Below, piece after piece: positions 1 through 9,354 of a stretch of DNA of 64,000 bases. The notes under the pieces are model-generated. The model did no database searches. It saw only the letters and a program-made list of their open reading frames with translations, and was not told the DNA's origin. The DNA lies in the NCBI GenBank assembly GCA_965205535.1, contig CBDBHH010000005.1:461773-525772 (forward strand). Reading direction: 5' to 3'. This stretch comes from Alphaproteobacteria bacterium (GTDB lineage Bacteria > Pseudomonadota > Alphaproteobacteria > UBA6615). The translations under genes were made by a program, and so were the position numbers. Every line of letters starts with the position of its first letter. The stretch's first letter is position 1.

Positions 1-693
1 GATGACCACGAAGGCGAGGATCAGCACGTCCTCACCCATGCCGATCTGGGCGGCGGTGATGGGCGTGATGATCAGGCCCGCAAGTCCCGCCAGCACGGCG
101 CCGATGCCGAAGACGATCGAGAACAGCAGCGGGATGTTGACGCCCAGCGCACCGGCCATGGTGCGGTTCGACGCGCCGGCGCGGATCAGCATGCCGATCC
201 GGGTCCTGGCGACCAGCACATAGAGCCCCAGCGCCACCAGCAGGCCGACGACGATGATCACGATCCGATAGACCGGATAGGTGATGGCCCCCAGTGCGAC
301 CGAGCCGTCGAGGAAGGCCGGGAGGGGCACGATGAGGCCTTCCGGGCCCCAGATCAGGCGGGTCGCCTCGTTGAAGAACAGAATCAGCCCGAAGGTGGCG
401 AGCACATGGTCGAGGTGATCACGCGGATAGAGCGTCCGCAGGGTCGTCATCTCCACGAGGATGCCGATGATCAGCATGGCCGGGATCATCAGGATCACGC
501 CGATGACGAAGGAGCCGGTAACCAGGGCGATGGTGCCGCCGACGAAGGCGCCGATCATGAACATCGACCCGTGGGCCAGGTTCACCAGGTCCATGATGCC
601 GAATACAAGCGTCAGCCCCGCCGCCATCAGGAACAGGATGATCCCGAGCTGAAACCCGTTCAGAAATTGTTCAATGAGGAGGACGTAGTCCAT
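1..693 (-). CDS. livH: Branched-chain amino acid ABC transporter permease (LivH family), 3' end truncated by window edge
   Basis: Minus-strand translation from ATG at 693 reads MDYVLLIEQFLNGFQLGIILFLMAAGLTLVFGIMDLVNLAHG..., a typical LivH N-terminus and TM pattern. The ORF is open to position 1. Confidence 0.8.
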   Translation of the reverse strand, partial: MDYVLLIEQFLNGFQLGIILFLMAAGLTLVFGIMDLVNLAHGSMFMIGAFVGGTIALVTGSFVIGVILMIPAMLIIGILVEMTTLRTLYPRDHLDHVLATFGLILFFNEATRLIWGPEGLIVPLPAFLDGSVALGAITYPVYRIVIIVVGLLVALGLYVLVARTRIGMLIRAGASNRTMAGALGVNIPLLFSIVFGIGAVLAGLAGLIITPITAAQIGMGEDVLILAFVVI

Positions 694-699
694 CGGCGT

Positions 700-846
700 A
701 TGGCCTGGGCAACTAAGGAAACCCTCTCCTCCTGGGAGGAGAGGGTGGCGAGCGTCAGCGAGACGGGTGAGGTGGGATTTATGCTCCGAGGTTCCGGCAA
801 ACCCACCTCACCCCGGCCCTCTCCTCCCCAAGGGAGGAGAGGGTGA
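700..846. repeat. Nested palindromic (stem-loop) intergenic element between livK and livH
   Basis: ccctctcctcc-tgg-gaggagaggg and cacctcacc..ccctctcctcc-ccaa-gggaggagagggtgagg; a further cgggtgaggtggg / cccacctcacccc pairing. Confidence 0.7.
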
Positions 847-857
847 GGTTCGTGTGC

Positions 858-2036
858 CTACATCTTGCACTGGCTGGCATACGGATCCTGATGGTTCGTC
901 AGGACCGTCTTGCCCACCGCCGTTGTCCAGTTGCCGTCGGCATCCTTGACCACGGTACGCTCGTAGAAGTTCTGGATGGGGAAATGATTGTTGCCGAAGG
1001 TGAAGTCACCCCGGATCGAATCGAAGTCCGCCTTCTTGAGCGCAGCGCGCATGCCGTCGATGTTGCCGATATCTCCGCTGACCGCCTCGACGCCGGACTT
1101 GATGAACATGATCGAGTCATAGCTCTGCGCGGCATAGAAGGACGGGTATCGGCCGTACTTCTTGCGGAAGTCCCCGACGAACTTCTTGTTCGCCGCATTG
1201 TCGAGATCGGGTGCCCAGAACTGGGTCATCTTGGTGCCGAGCACGGTCTCCATGCCCGCCTTCTGGAACAGCGGCAGGCTGATCGAATCCAGCGTGTAGA
1301 CCGAGTAGAGCGGCACCTGGCCTTCGAGCCCGGCCTGCTGATACTGCTTGATGAAGGCCGGTCCGGCCGGTCCCGGGTAGAAGGTGAAGACCCCGTCCGG
1401 CTTGGCCGCCTTGACCTTGGAAAGCTCGGCCGACCAGTCCCGCTGGGACGGCCAGACGGTCATGTCCTTGCCGACGACCTTGCCCTTGAAGGTGCGTTCG
1501 ACGCCCGCAACCATGTTCTGGCCCGCGGCATAGTTCGGGGCTACCAGGTAGAGAGACTCGACGCCCTGCTGGTTGAGCAACTCGCCGAGTGCCATCGGGG
1601 TCTGATCGTTCTGCCATGCGATGTTGAAGAAGTTCGCATTGCATTGCGCACCGGCCAGCGGCGACGGGCCGGCATTGGCACTGATCAGGATCTTGTTCGC
1701 ATTGAGCACGACCGGAGCCGAGGCCAGCAAAACGTTCGACCAGATGTAACCGGCGACGATGTCCACATCATCGCGCAGCACGAGGCGCTCGGTGGCCTGC
1801 TTGCCCTTCTGCGAATTGAACTCATCGTCGGCGTAGACGATCTCGACATCCTCGCCGGCCATCTTGCCGCCGATATGTTCCATCGCCAGTTCGACAGCGT
1901 CGCGCATGTCCTTGCCAATCACCGCCACGGGGGTGGTCAGCGTGGTCACGAAACCGATCTTGATATCCGCGGCGGCAGGCGACGCCAGAAGCGTCAGGGC
2001 CGCGGCTGTTCCCAGTAATTTCTTGAGCATTTTCAA
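858..2036 (-). CDS. livK: Branched-chain amino acid ABC transporter substrate-binding protein (LivK/LivJ family) with signal peptide
   Basis: 392 aa; N-terminal signal peptide MKMLKKLLGTAAALTLLASPAAA; periplasmic binding protein type-I fold motifs; lies upstream of livH. Confidence 0.85.
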   Translation of the reverse strand: MKMLKKLLGTAAALTLLASPAAADIKIGFVTTLTTPVAVIGKDMRDAVELAMEHIGGKMAGEDVEIVYADDEFNSQKGKQATERLVLRDDVDIVAGYIWSNVLLASAPVVLNANKILISANAGPSPLAGAQCNANFFNIAWQNDQTPMALGELLNQQGVESLYLVAPNYAAGQNMVAGVERTFKGKVVGKDMTVWPSQRDWSAELSKVKAAKPDGVFTFYPGPAGPAFIKQYQQAGLEGQVPLYSVYTLDSISLPLFQKAGMETVLGTKMTQFWAPDLDNAANKKFVGDFRKKYGRYPSFYAAQSYDSIMFIKSGVEAVSGDIGNIDGMRAALKKADFDSIRGDFTFGNNHFPIQNFYERTVVKDADGNWTTAVGKTVLTNHQDPYASQCKM

Positions 2037-2138
2037 CTCCTCCCTAGAGATTTTCCCTATGGGACCATATCGCCAGACCGATGGAAAGCGCCGTGCGCGT
2101 ACATCTTTCGGGGGAGCCCTGGAATCGCAGGAATGTGA

Positions 2139-2534
2139 TCAGGGCAGAACGGCGGTCGCCTCGATCTCGACCCTAGCCCGATCTTCCACCAGTGCCGTCA
2201 CCTCGACGACCGACATGGCAGGAAAATGACGGCCCATGACCGACCGATAGAAGCCGCCAACCCCTTTGGGATTCTCCAGATAGGCCTGCTTGTCGGTGAC
2301 GAACCAGGTCAGCCGCGTGATGTGTTCGGGCAAGCCACCCGCCTCGGCCAGGACCGCGCGCACATTCTCGAGCGCCTGGCCGACCTGGGCGGCAAAATCA
2401 TCGGTCTCGAAGTGGCCCGTCTCGGGGTTCCAGCCGATCTGGCCGCCGACAAACACCAGGCGGCCCGTCGCCGCCATGCCGTTGGAATAACCTTTGGGTG
2501 GTACCCAGCCCGCGGGTTGCAGAATTTCGATCAT
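2139..2534 (-). CDS. ridA: RidA/YjgF family reactive-intermediate deaminase
   Basis: 131 aa. The size and the C-terminal region (residues 100-131, including the ...RARVEIEATAVLP tail) fit the YjgF/TdcF fold. Confidence 0.75.
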   Translation of the reverse strand: MIEILQPAGWVPPKGYSNGMAATGRLVFVGGQIGWNPETGHFETDDFAAQVGQALENVRAVLAEAGGLPEHITRLTWFVTDKQAYLENPKGVGGFYRSVMGRHFPAMSVVEVTALVEDRARVEIEATAVLP

Positions 2535-2613
2535 CGCTTTGATATTTCACCTCTATATATTTTAATCTTAAAATAATAATGGCGTTGCGGACAAGTACAG
2601 AAAGACATTCGAG

Positions 2614-3402
2614 ATGGCAAAACCCGCTCCCCTGAACGAGAAACTGGCGATCGTCACCGGCGGCGGGCGCGGGATCGGCCGGGCAATCGCCTTTGCACTG
2701 GCCGCGCGCGGCGCCGACCTCGTCCTGCTGGGCCGGACCGAGCGCAACGTCAAGACCACAGCCGTCGACATCCGCAACAAGTCGGGCGCAACGATCCACG
2801 CCCGCACCCTCGATGTGACGGACGGCGACGCGGTGGTGCAGGCATTCTCGGGCCTGATCGACGAGCTGGGGCCGCCGGCGGTCCTGGTCAACAACGCCGG
2901 GGGCGCCGAGAGCGCGCCCTTTACCGCACTCGACCGCAGCAACTGGGACGCCACGCTCGCCGTGAACCTGACAAGTGTCTACGCCTGCACCCATGCCGTC
3001 CTGCCCGCGATGCTCGAGGCCGGATACGGGCGGATCATCAACATCGCGTCGACCGCGGGGCTGGAGGGCTATCCCTATGTGGCCGCCTATTGCGCGGCCA
3101 AACACGGGGTGGTCGGCCTGACCCGGTCGCTGGCGCTCGAAGTCGAACGCAAGGGGATCACGGTCAACGCCGTGTGCCCCGGCTACACCGACACCGAGAT
3201 GCTGCAGGCGGCCATCCGCAAGATCGCCGCGACCACCGGCCGGTCGGAGGCCGATGCCCGCGACGAACTCGCCGCCGGGAACGCCGGGGGCCGGCTGGTC
3301 CAGCCGGACGAAGTCGCGGAGATGGTCGCGGCCCTGTGCGGCCCCGCGGCGAACAGCGTGACAGGACAGGCGATCGAGATCACCGGGGCGGACGACGGCT
3401 GA
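2614..3402 (+). CDS. SDR family oxidoreductase (3-oxoacyl-ACP reductase-like)
   Basis: TGGGRGIGRAIA Rossmann motif; NNAG; catalytic YxxxK (YCAAK). Confidence 0.85.
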   Translation: MAKPAPLNEKLAIVTGGGRGIGRAIAFALAARGADLVLLGRTERNVKTTAVDIRNKSGATIHARTLDVTDGDAVVQAFSGLIDELGPPAVLVNNAGGAESAPFTALDRSNWDATLAVNLTSVYACTHAVLPAMLEAGYGRIINIASTAGLEGYPYVAAYCAAKHGVVGLTRSLALEVERKGITVNAVCPGYTDTEMLQAAIRKIAATTGRSEADARDELAAGNAGGRLVQPDEVAEMVAALCGPAANSVTGQAIEITGADDG

Positions 3403-3896
3403 TGCCCGACAGCGTTCCACGAGGTGATCTCGAGACCGGCCTGACGGCCGACGACCGGCTCGACCTGCGAACATGGCTGCGCCTGATGACCTGCACCAAC
3501 ATGATCGAGGGTGAGGTCCGCGCACGGCTGCACAGCCAGTTCGACATCTCGATCGCCCGCTTCGACGTGCTTGCCCAGCTCGACCGGGCGAATGATGGCC
3601 TCGGCATGGGCGAACTGTCGCGCCGCCTGATGGTCACCAACGGCAACGTCACGTCATTGATAGACCGGCTGGTCGAGGAGAACATGGTCACCCGCCGCCC
3701 GGACCCGAATGACCGGCGCGCACAGATCATCGAGCTCACACCCGGCGGCAAGCGAGGCTTTGCAAGGATGTCGACGGCTCATGCCGACTGGATCAGCGCG
3801 CTTTTTGACGGCGTCGACCGGAAGAACCTCGAAGTGCTTTATCGCAATCTCGCCCAGCTCAAGACGTCGCTCACAGCCACGAACGGGAGCGACTGA
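3402..3896 (+). CDS. MarR family transcriptional regulator
   Basis: 164 aa winged-helix protein; ATG overlaps the SDR stop (ATGA); followed 2 bp later by the OYE gene. Confidence 0.75.
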   Translation: MPDSVPRGDLETGLTADDRLDLRTWLRLMTCTNMIEGEVRARLHSQFDISIARFDVLAQLDRANDGLGMGELSRRLMVTNGNVTSLIDRLVEENMVTRRPDPNDRRAQIIELTPGGKRGFARMSTAHADWISALFDGVDRKNLEVLYRNLAQLKTSLTATNGSD

Positions 3897-3898
3897 CC

Positions 3899-5359
3899 AT
3901 GTGGCGCCCGCCCGAACGCATGCGATGGGAACCGGATCCCGGCGTGTGGCCGGACGCGGCCGAGGCCGCCGACGCCCGGCTGTTCCAGCCCATAGATCTC
4001 GGCCCGACCCAGCTCGAATCCCGCACATGGGTGCCCGCCATGGTGCCTTGGCGCGCCACCGGCGAAGGCGAAGTTACCGACAATGTCCTCGACTGGTACG
4101 GCCGCTTCGCGCGCGGGCGCCCCGGGGCGATCGTCGTCGAGGCGACGGGCATCCGGGATATTCCTTCCGGCCCGCTGTTGCGGATCGGCGATGACCGCTA
4201 CATCCCCGGCCTGACCAGGCTCGCCGAGATCGTGCACCGGGAGAGTGGCGGCCACACCCGGCTGTTTATCCAGCTGATCGATTTTCTCGCCGTACGCCGG
4301 CGGCCCGACCCGGCGAAATATTTCGAGCGTTTCCTGCAGATCACCGAACGGCATCGTGACGCACTGGACGCAAGGGACTGGCCCGAAGAGACGATCCGCG
4401 CCCATCTGGCGCGCCTGCCCGAGGACGAACTCACCGACGTCCTCTCCCCAAGCGAGCTTGAATCCCTGCACATGGGCTACCGCGAGCGGGTGACGGACAC
4501 GGACCTGCCGCAGATCGCCGAACTGCCCGCCGTGCTGCCGGGGCTGTTCGGCGACGCCGCGCGGCGTGCCCGGGACGCCGGTTTTGACGGGGTCGAGCTG
4601 CACTATGCCCACGCCTACACCATGGCGTCGTTCCTCTCTGCCCTGAACACCCGCGACGACGGCTATGGCGGACCGCGCGAGAACCGCGCCCGGCTGCCGC
4701 TTGAGGTCTATGACGCCGTGCGCGCGGCCGTGGGCGACGACTATGTGGTCGGCACGCGGTTTCTCGCCGAAGACTGCATCGACGGCGGCAACGAGGTGGA
4801 AGATGCCGCGTATTTCGGCGCGGCCTTCGCGAAAGCAGGCTTCGATGTGCTGTCGCTCTCACGCGGTGGCAAGTTCGAGGACGCCAAGCGCCCGGCGATC
4901 GGCCAGGCGGCTTACCCCTATACGGGCCCGAGCGGCTACGAGTGCATGCCCCAATATATCTCCGACGCGCGCGGGCCCTTTGGCCGCAACATCGAGCCCG
5001 TCGCGGCAATCCGCCGGTCGGTGCGCGACGCGGGCTGCGACACGCCGGTGGTCCTGACCGGCGGCATCCACGGCTTCCGACAGGCCGAGGGGATATTGCA
5101 GTTGGACCAGGCCGACATCATCGGCTTTGCGCGCCAGAGCCTCGCCGACCCGGACTGGTTCCGGAAGGTGCGCGGCGGCCATGGCGACGCGGTCCGGGTG
5201 TGCGAATACACGAACTACTGCGAGGCGCTGGACCAGAAGCATGTGCCCGTCACCTGCCAGCTCTGGGACCGGAAAGACATGGACCAGCCCGGCATCGCCA
5301 AGACCGAAGACGGCAAGCGGCGGCTGGTCGCGCCCGAATGGGAGCCCGGCAACGACTAG
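3899..5359 (+). CDS. Old-Yellow-Enzyme family NADH:flavin oxidoreductase (ene-reductase / 2,4-dienoyl-CoA-reductase-like TIM barrel)
   Basis: 486 aa. The conserved OYE-family motif ELHYAHAY (in ...DAGFDGVELHYAHAYTMASFLS...) sits at the expected position of the TIM barrel, and the overall size fits the family. Confidence 0.7.
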   Translation: MWRPPERMRWEPDPGVWPDAAEAADARLFQPIDLGPTQLESRTWVPAMVPWRATGEGEVTDNVLDWYGRFARGRPGAIVVEATGIRDIPSGPLLRIGDDRYIPGLTRLAEIVHRESGGHTRLFIQLIDFLAVRRRPDPAKYFERFLQITERHRDALDARDWPEETIRAHLARLPEDELTDVLSPSELESLHMGYRERVTDTDLPQIAELPAVLPGLFGDAARRARDAGFDGVELHYAHAYTMASFLSALNTRDDGYGGPRENRARLPLEVYDAVRAAVGDDYVVGTRFLAEDCIDGGNEVEDAAYFGAAFAKAGFDVLSLSRGGKFEDAKRPAIGQAAYPYTGPSGYECMPQYISDARGPFGRNIEPVAAIRRSVRDAGCDTPVVLTGGIHGFRQAEGILQLDQADIIGFARQSLADPDWFRKVRGGHGDAVRVCEYTNYCEALDQKHVPVTCQLWDRKDMDQPGIAKTEDGKRRLVAPEWEPGND

Positions 5360-7455
5360 CGGGTAAAGCTGCCACCCTCCGCCACGAGCCGTTCCAGCAG
5401 CGGTGACGGGGCCCAGAGCTTCCCATGGTCGGTCTCGAAGGCCTTTATCTGGTCGAGGATCTCGCCCAGCCCGATTTCATCGGCCATATACATGATACCG
5501 CCGCGCCAGCGCGGAAAGGCAAAGCCGTAAAGCCACATGACGTCGATGTCCGAGGCCCGCGCCGCGATCCCTTCGTCGAGAATCTTGGCCCCCTCGTTGA
5601 TCGCCGCATACAGGCAGCGCGCGCGGATCTCATCATCGGAGATATCCCGGCGCGTGATGCCCTGTTCTTTTGCCACGGCCGCCGCGATCCCCTCGACCTC
5701 CGGGTCGGGCTGGGGTCGCCGGTCGCCGTCTTCGTAGATGTACCAGCCCTGCCCGGCCTTGATGCCGAACCGGCCCAGCTCGCACATCCGGTCGGCCAGA
5801 TGCATGTAGCGCGCATCGGGGTCATGTTGGTCTGCCAGGGACTGGCGCATCCGCCAGCTCACATCGAGGCCCGACAGGTCGCTCACCGCGAGCGGGCCCA
5901 TGGGCATGCCCAGATCGGTCAGGACCTTGTCCACCTGGGACGGCGCGGCGCCCTCCTCGACAAGGAACGTCGCCTCGCGGACCAGGGGCAGGCGCGAGCG
6001 GTTGGCCACAAAGCCGTGACACACGCCGGCCAGCACGCCGACCTTGCCCGTGCGCTTGGCCAGCGCCATGCCCGTGGCGATCGCGTCGGGCGCGGCCTTC
6101 GCCGGGCGCACCACCTCGAGCATGCGCATCACGTTGGCGGGTGCGAAATAATGCAGGCCGATGATGTCTTCCGGCCGCGACGTGGCGGCGGCGATGGCAT
6201 CGATGTCCATATAGGAGGTGTTGGTGGCGAGGATCGCGCCGGACTTGGCGGTTTTCTCCAGGGTGCCGAAGATCTGCTTCTTCACGTCCATATCCTCGAA
6301 CGCGACCTCGATCACGAGGTCGGCGTCCGACAGGGCCCCGTAGTCCACCGCGCCGGAAATGCGCCCGAGACGTTCGTCTTTCGTGGCCGCGTCGATCCGC
6401 CCCCGCGCCACCATGGCCTCGTAGAGCTTGGCGATCTCGGCCAAAGCCATATCCAGCGCCTCCTCGCCCATCTCGACAATGGTCACGGGCAGGCCCGAAT
6501 CTGCCAGGCTGATGGCGATGCCCCGGCCCATGGTCCCCGCGCCGATCACACCTGCTGTCTGGATGTCGCGCGGTGCCACGTCCTTGCCGATATCGGGAAT
6601 CTTCGCCGCCTCGCGTTCGGCGAAGAACGCATAACGCAGGGCCGCCGACTGGGCGATGGTCTTACAGGCCTCGAAGCGCACCCGGTCCGCCGCCACGGCG
6701 TCTTCGTAGGGCATGCGCAGCCCGTCGACGACGCTCTCGATCGCCTGGTGGGGTGAGTCCTGTCCGCGAAACCTGCGGTTGGCGAGGTCACGATACTTGT
6801 CGAGGGTCTCGGCATGTTCTTCGGGCGAACCTATCCCGTCGCGCGGTTCGCTGGAAATTCTGCGCGGTGTGCCGTCAGACAGGATTTTCTCGGCAAAAGC
6901 GATGGCCCCGTCGCGCAGATCGCCCTCGATGATCTCGTCGATGATCCCGTACTCTAGCGCCTTGGCGGCCCCGATAGGCTTTCCAAGGACGATCAGTTCC
7001 AGCGCATGGTCCAGCCCGGCCACCCGCGGCAGGCGCTGGGTCCCGGCGGCACCGGGGAAAATCCCGAGATTGACCTCGGGCAAGCCCACCCGCGCGCCTG
7101 GCGACGCCACACGGAAATGACAGCCCAGCGTGAGTTCCAGTCCGCCGCCGAGCGCCGTGCCGTGAATCGCGGCGACGACGGGTTTTTCCACGTCGTCGAG
7201 CCGGTCGGTCACGGCCATCAGATGGGGATCGCGTGCGGGCTGGTCGAATTCGCGGATATCCGCACCGGCCGGAAACGTCCGCCCCGCGCCGATCAGCACG
7301 ATGGCGTCGGCAGCTGCGTCGGCGACCGCACGCTCCATGCCGGCGACAATGCCTTCGCGTACGGCATGGCCGAGCGCGTTGACCGGCGGATTGTCGATGG
7401 TCAGGACGGCGACCCGCCCGGCGATCTCATAGGCAACAACTTCACTCATTTCCAT
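5356..7455 (-). CDS. Fatty-acid oxidation multifunctional enzyme (enoyl-CoA hydratase + 3-hydroxyacyl-CoA dehydrogenase, FadJ/FadB-like)
   Basis: 699 aa; N-terminal crotonase fold; central GAGTMG NAD-binding motif; C-terminal 3HCDH domain. Confidence 0.9.
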   Translation of the reverse strand: MEMSEVVAYEIAGRVAVLTIDNPPVNALGHAVREGIVAGMERAVADAAADAIVLIGAGRTFPAGADIREFDQPARDPHLMAVTDRLDDVEKPVVAAIHGTALGGGLELTLGCHFRVASPGARVGLPEVNLGIFPGAAGTQRLPRVAGLDHALELIVLGKPIGAAKALEYGIIDEIIEGDLRDGAIAFAEKILSDGTPRRISSEPRDGIGSPEEHAETLDKYRDLANRRFRGQDSPHQAIESVVDGLRMPYEDAVAADRVRFEACKTIAQSAALRYAFFAEREAAKIPDIGKDVAPRDIQTAGVIGAGTMGRGIAISLADSGLPVTIVEMGEEALDMALAEIAKLYEAMVARGRIDAATKDERLGRISGAVDYGALSDADLVIEVAFEDMDVKKQIFGTLEKTAKSGAILATNTSYMDIDAIAAATSRPEDIIGLHYFAPANVMRMLEVVRPAKAAPDAIATGMALAKRTGKVGVLAGVCHGFVANRSRLPLVREATFLVEEGAAPSQVDKVLTDLGMPMGPLAVSDLSGLDVSWRMRQSLADQHDPDARYMHLADRMCELGRFGIKAGQGWYIYEDGDRRPQPDPEVEGIAAAVAKEQGITRRDISDDEIRARCLYAAINEGAKILDEGIAARASDIDVMWLYGFAFPRWRGGIMYMADEIGLGEILDQIKAFETDHGKLWAPSPLLERLVAEGGSFTR

Positions 7456-7566
7456 CCCCTGATTCCCGCATACGTCTGTGCTAATTCTGTGGTCTAATTT
7501 CGGTGTAGACGGCAGCGGCCAACATGATGCGCAGACCCGCGCGGCCGGTCAAACGGAGCAGAAAAA

Positions 7567-8043
7567 TTGTCTCACTACGGGCACCCCGATGAATTCCTCG
7601 ACAAGGTCGGCCAGGAGCTCGGCGTCAGCGAATGGGTCACCATCGACCAGGCGCAGATCGACGCCTTCGCCGAGGTCACCAACGACCATCAATGGCTGCA
7701 TGTGGACCCGGAGCGCGCCGCGAAAGAAATGCCCACCGGCACGACGATCGCCCACGGGTTCCTCGTGCTCTCCATGATCCCCGGGCTGAGCTACCCGTTC
7801 TTCCAGGTCGACAACCTCGCCCACACCATCAATTACGGCCTCAACAAGGTCCGCTTCACGGCCATGGTGCCGGTGGGCTCGCGGGTCCGGCTGCGCCAGT
7901 CACTCGCCAGCGCGGAAAAACGCCCCGACGGCAGCGTCCATCTCGTCCTCGACGGCATCATCGAGCTGGAAGGCAGCGAACGGCCCGCCGTGGTCACCCA
8001 GACCGTCCGGCTGCTGTTCCCCGAAGCGATCGGAAAGAAATGA
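7567..8043 (+). CDS. MaoC-family (R)-specific enoyl-CoA hydratase/dehydratase (hot-dog fold)
   Basis: 158 aa; paralog of the 9355-9831 gene (about 70% identical by eye). Confidence 0.8.
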   Translation: MSHYGHPDEFLDKVGQELGVSEWVTIDQAQIDAFAEVTNDHQWLHVDPERAAKEMPTGTTIAHGFLVLSMIPGLSYPFFQVDNLAHTINYGLNKVRFTAMVPVGSRVRLRQSLASAEKRPDGSVHLVLDGIIELEGSERPAVVTQTVRLLFPEAIGKK

Positions 8044-8125
8044 GACTCCTCATGGTTCGCCTGTCGAAGTATGAGGAGACATTCGCGAACTCATCCTTCG
8101 TCAAGCTCAGGATGAGGCACTGAGG
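8044..8125. repeat. Dispersed palindromic intergenic repeat, copy A
   Basis: Contains cctgtcgaagtatgagg and cttcgtcaagctcaggatgagg, shared with copies at 9217, 18080 and 46850. Confidence 0.7.
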
Positions 8126-8142
8126 TAAGCCGAGATGACTCT

Positions 8143-9216
8143 ATGAGCCCCGCCGACCGCACATTTTCGCGTACCGATCAGGTCGTGCCCGTGCTGGACC
8201 AGCACCGGTTCGACGATACAGCACTGGTGTCCTGGATGACCGCCAACTTCGACGGCTTCGAAGGGCCCATCGAGCTCGCCCAGTTCCAGGGCGGTATGTC
8301 GAACCCGACCTTCCTGCTCACCGATGCGAACGGCCGGCGCTACGTGCTGCGCAAGAAGCCGCCGGGCGAGCTGCTGCCGTCGGCTCATGCGGTGGACCGG
8401 GAGCATCGGATCACGTCGGCATTGGCGGATACGCCCGTCCCGGTCGTGCGCACCCTGGCGCTGTGCGAAGACACATCCATCGTCGGCACCGAGTTCTTCC
8501 TGATGGACCATGCCGACGGCCGCGTCTTCCACGATCCCTCTTTGCCGGACCTGACCCCGGACGAACGTGCGGCGGTCTCGGCCTCGATGATCGAGACCCT
8601 CGCCGCCCTGCATCAGGTGGATTTCGACGCCGTGGGGCTCGGCGACTATGGCCGTGTCGGCGGTTATATGGGCCGCCAGGTCGCCCGCTGGTCCAAACAG
8701 TATGAGGCGTCGAAGACCGACGAGCTGGCCGAGATGGACCAGCTCATGGCCTGGCTGCCCGAGAACATGCCCGACGACAGCGAGACCACCATCGTCCATG
8801 GCGACTTCCGGCTGGAAAACCTGATCATCGCCCATGATGAACCCAAGGTGATAGCCGTCCTCGACTGGGAACTGTCGACCCTGGGGCACCCCCTGTCGGA
8901 TCTGGCCTACAACTGCCTGCCCTATCATTGGCCGGAGGAATCCTTCGGCGACATGCGCGGGCTCGATCCGACGACCCCCGGCATCCCGCCTGTCGACGAT
9001 TATGTTGCCGCCTATTGCCGGCATACCGGGCGCGGCGAGATCGAAAACTGGAACTTCTATCTGGTGCTCTCGCTGTTCCGCCTCGCGGCAATCATCCAGG
9101 GCGTCTACTACCGCGGTCTGCAGGGCAACGCCTCGTCGCCCGAGGCACTGTTGCGCCGGGACCTGACCCGGCAACTGTCGATCCGGGCCTGGGGGCTGGT
9201 CGAGGGTGGGAGCTAA
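8143..9216 (+). CDS. Phosphotransferase (APH-like kinase) family protein, ACAD10/11 N-terminal-domain / LvaA-like
   Basis: 357 aa with HGDFRLENLI catalytic loop and DWE motif. Members of this family commonly pair with ACAD10/11-type dehydrogenases. Confidence 0.8.
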   Translation: MSPADRTFSRTDQVVPVLDQHRFDDTALVSWMTANFDGFEGPIELAQFQGGMSNPTFLLTDANGRRYVLRKKPPGELLPSAHAVDREHRITSALADTPVPVVRTLALCEDTSIVGTEFFLMDHADGRVFHDPSLPDLTPDERAAVSASMIETLAALHQVDFDAVGLGDYGRVGGYMGRQVARWSKQYEASKTDELAEMDQLMAWLPENMPDDSETTIVHGDFRLENLIIAHDEPKVIAVLDWELSTLGHPLSDLAYNCLPYHWPEESFGDMRGLDPTTPGIPPVDDYVAAYCRHTGRGEIENWNFYLVLSLFRLAAIIQGVYYRGLQGNASSPEALLRRDLTRQLSIRAWGLVEGGS

Positions 9217-9350
9217 CTCGGCTCACATGCTTCGAGACGCCGCCGATGGCGGCTCCTCAGCACGAGGGTCCACGCACCACCTCAGCATGAGAGTCCACGC
9301 ACGACCTCATCCTGAGGAGAGCCGGAGGCTCGTCTCGAAGGATGGCGGTC
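9217..9350. repeat. Dispersed palindromic intergenic repeat, copy B (longer, with internal duplications)
   Basis: cctcagcacgag, cctcagcatgag, cctcatcctgaggag, cgtctcgaaggatgg and catgcttcgagacg motifs. Confidence 0.7.
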
Positions 9351-9354
9351 GCGC

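Noticed and set aside
843-2018. 391-aa plus-strand ORF fully antisense to the livK gene, plus many similar long antisense ORFs throughout (e.g. 2398-3525, 5425-6756, 9574-11232, 15966-17186, 19021-20325)
   Set aside because: High-GC genomes produce long spurious ORFs opposite real genes. These show Arg/Gly/Ala-rich low-complexity translations and no recognisable domains, whereas the opposite strand encodes clear homologs.
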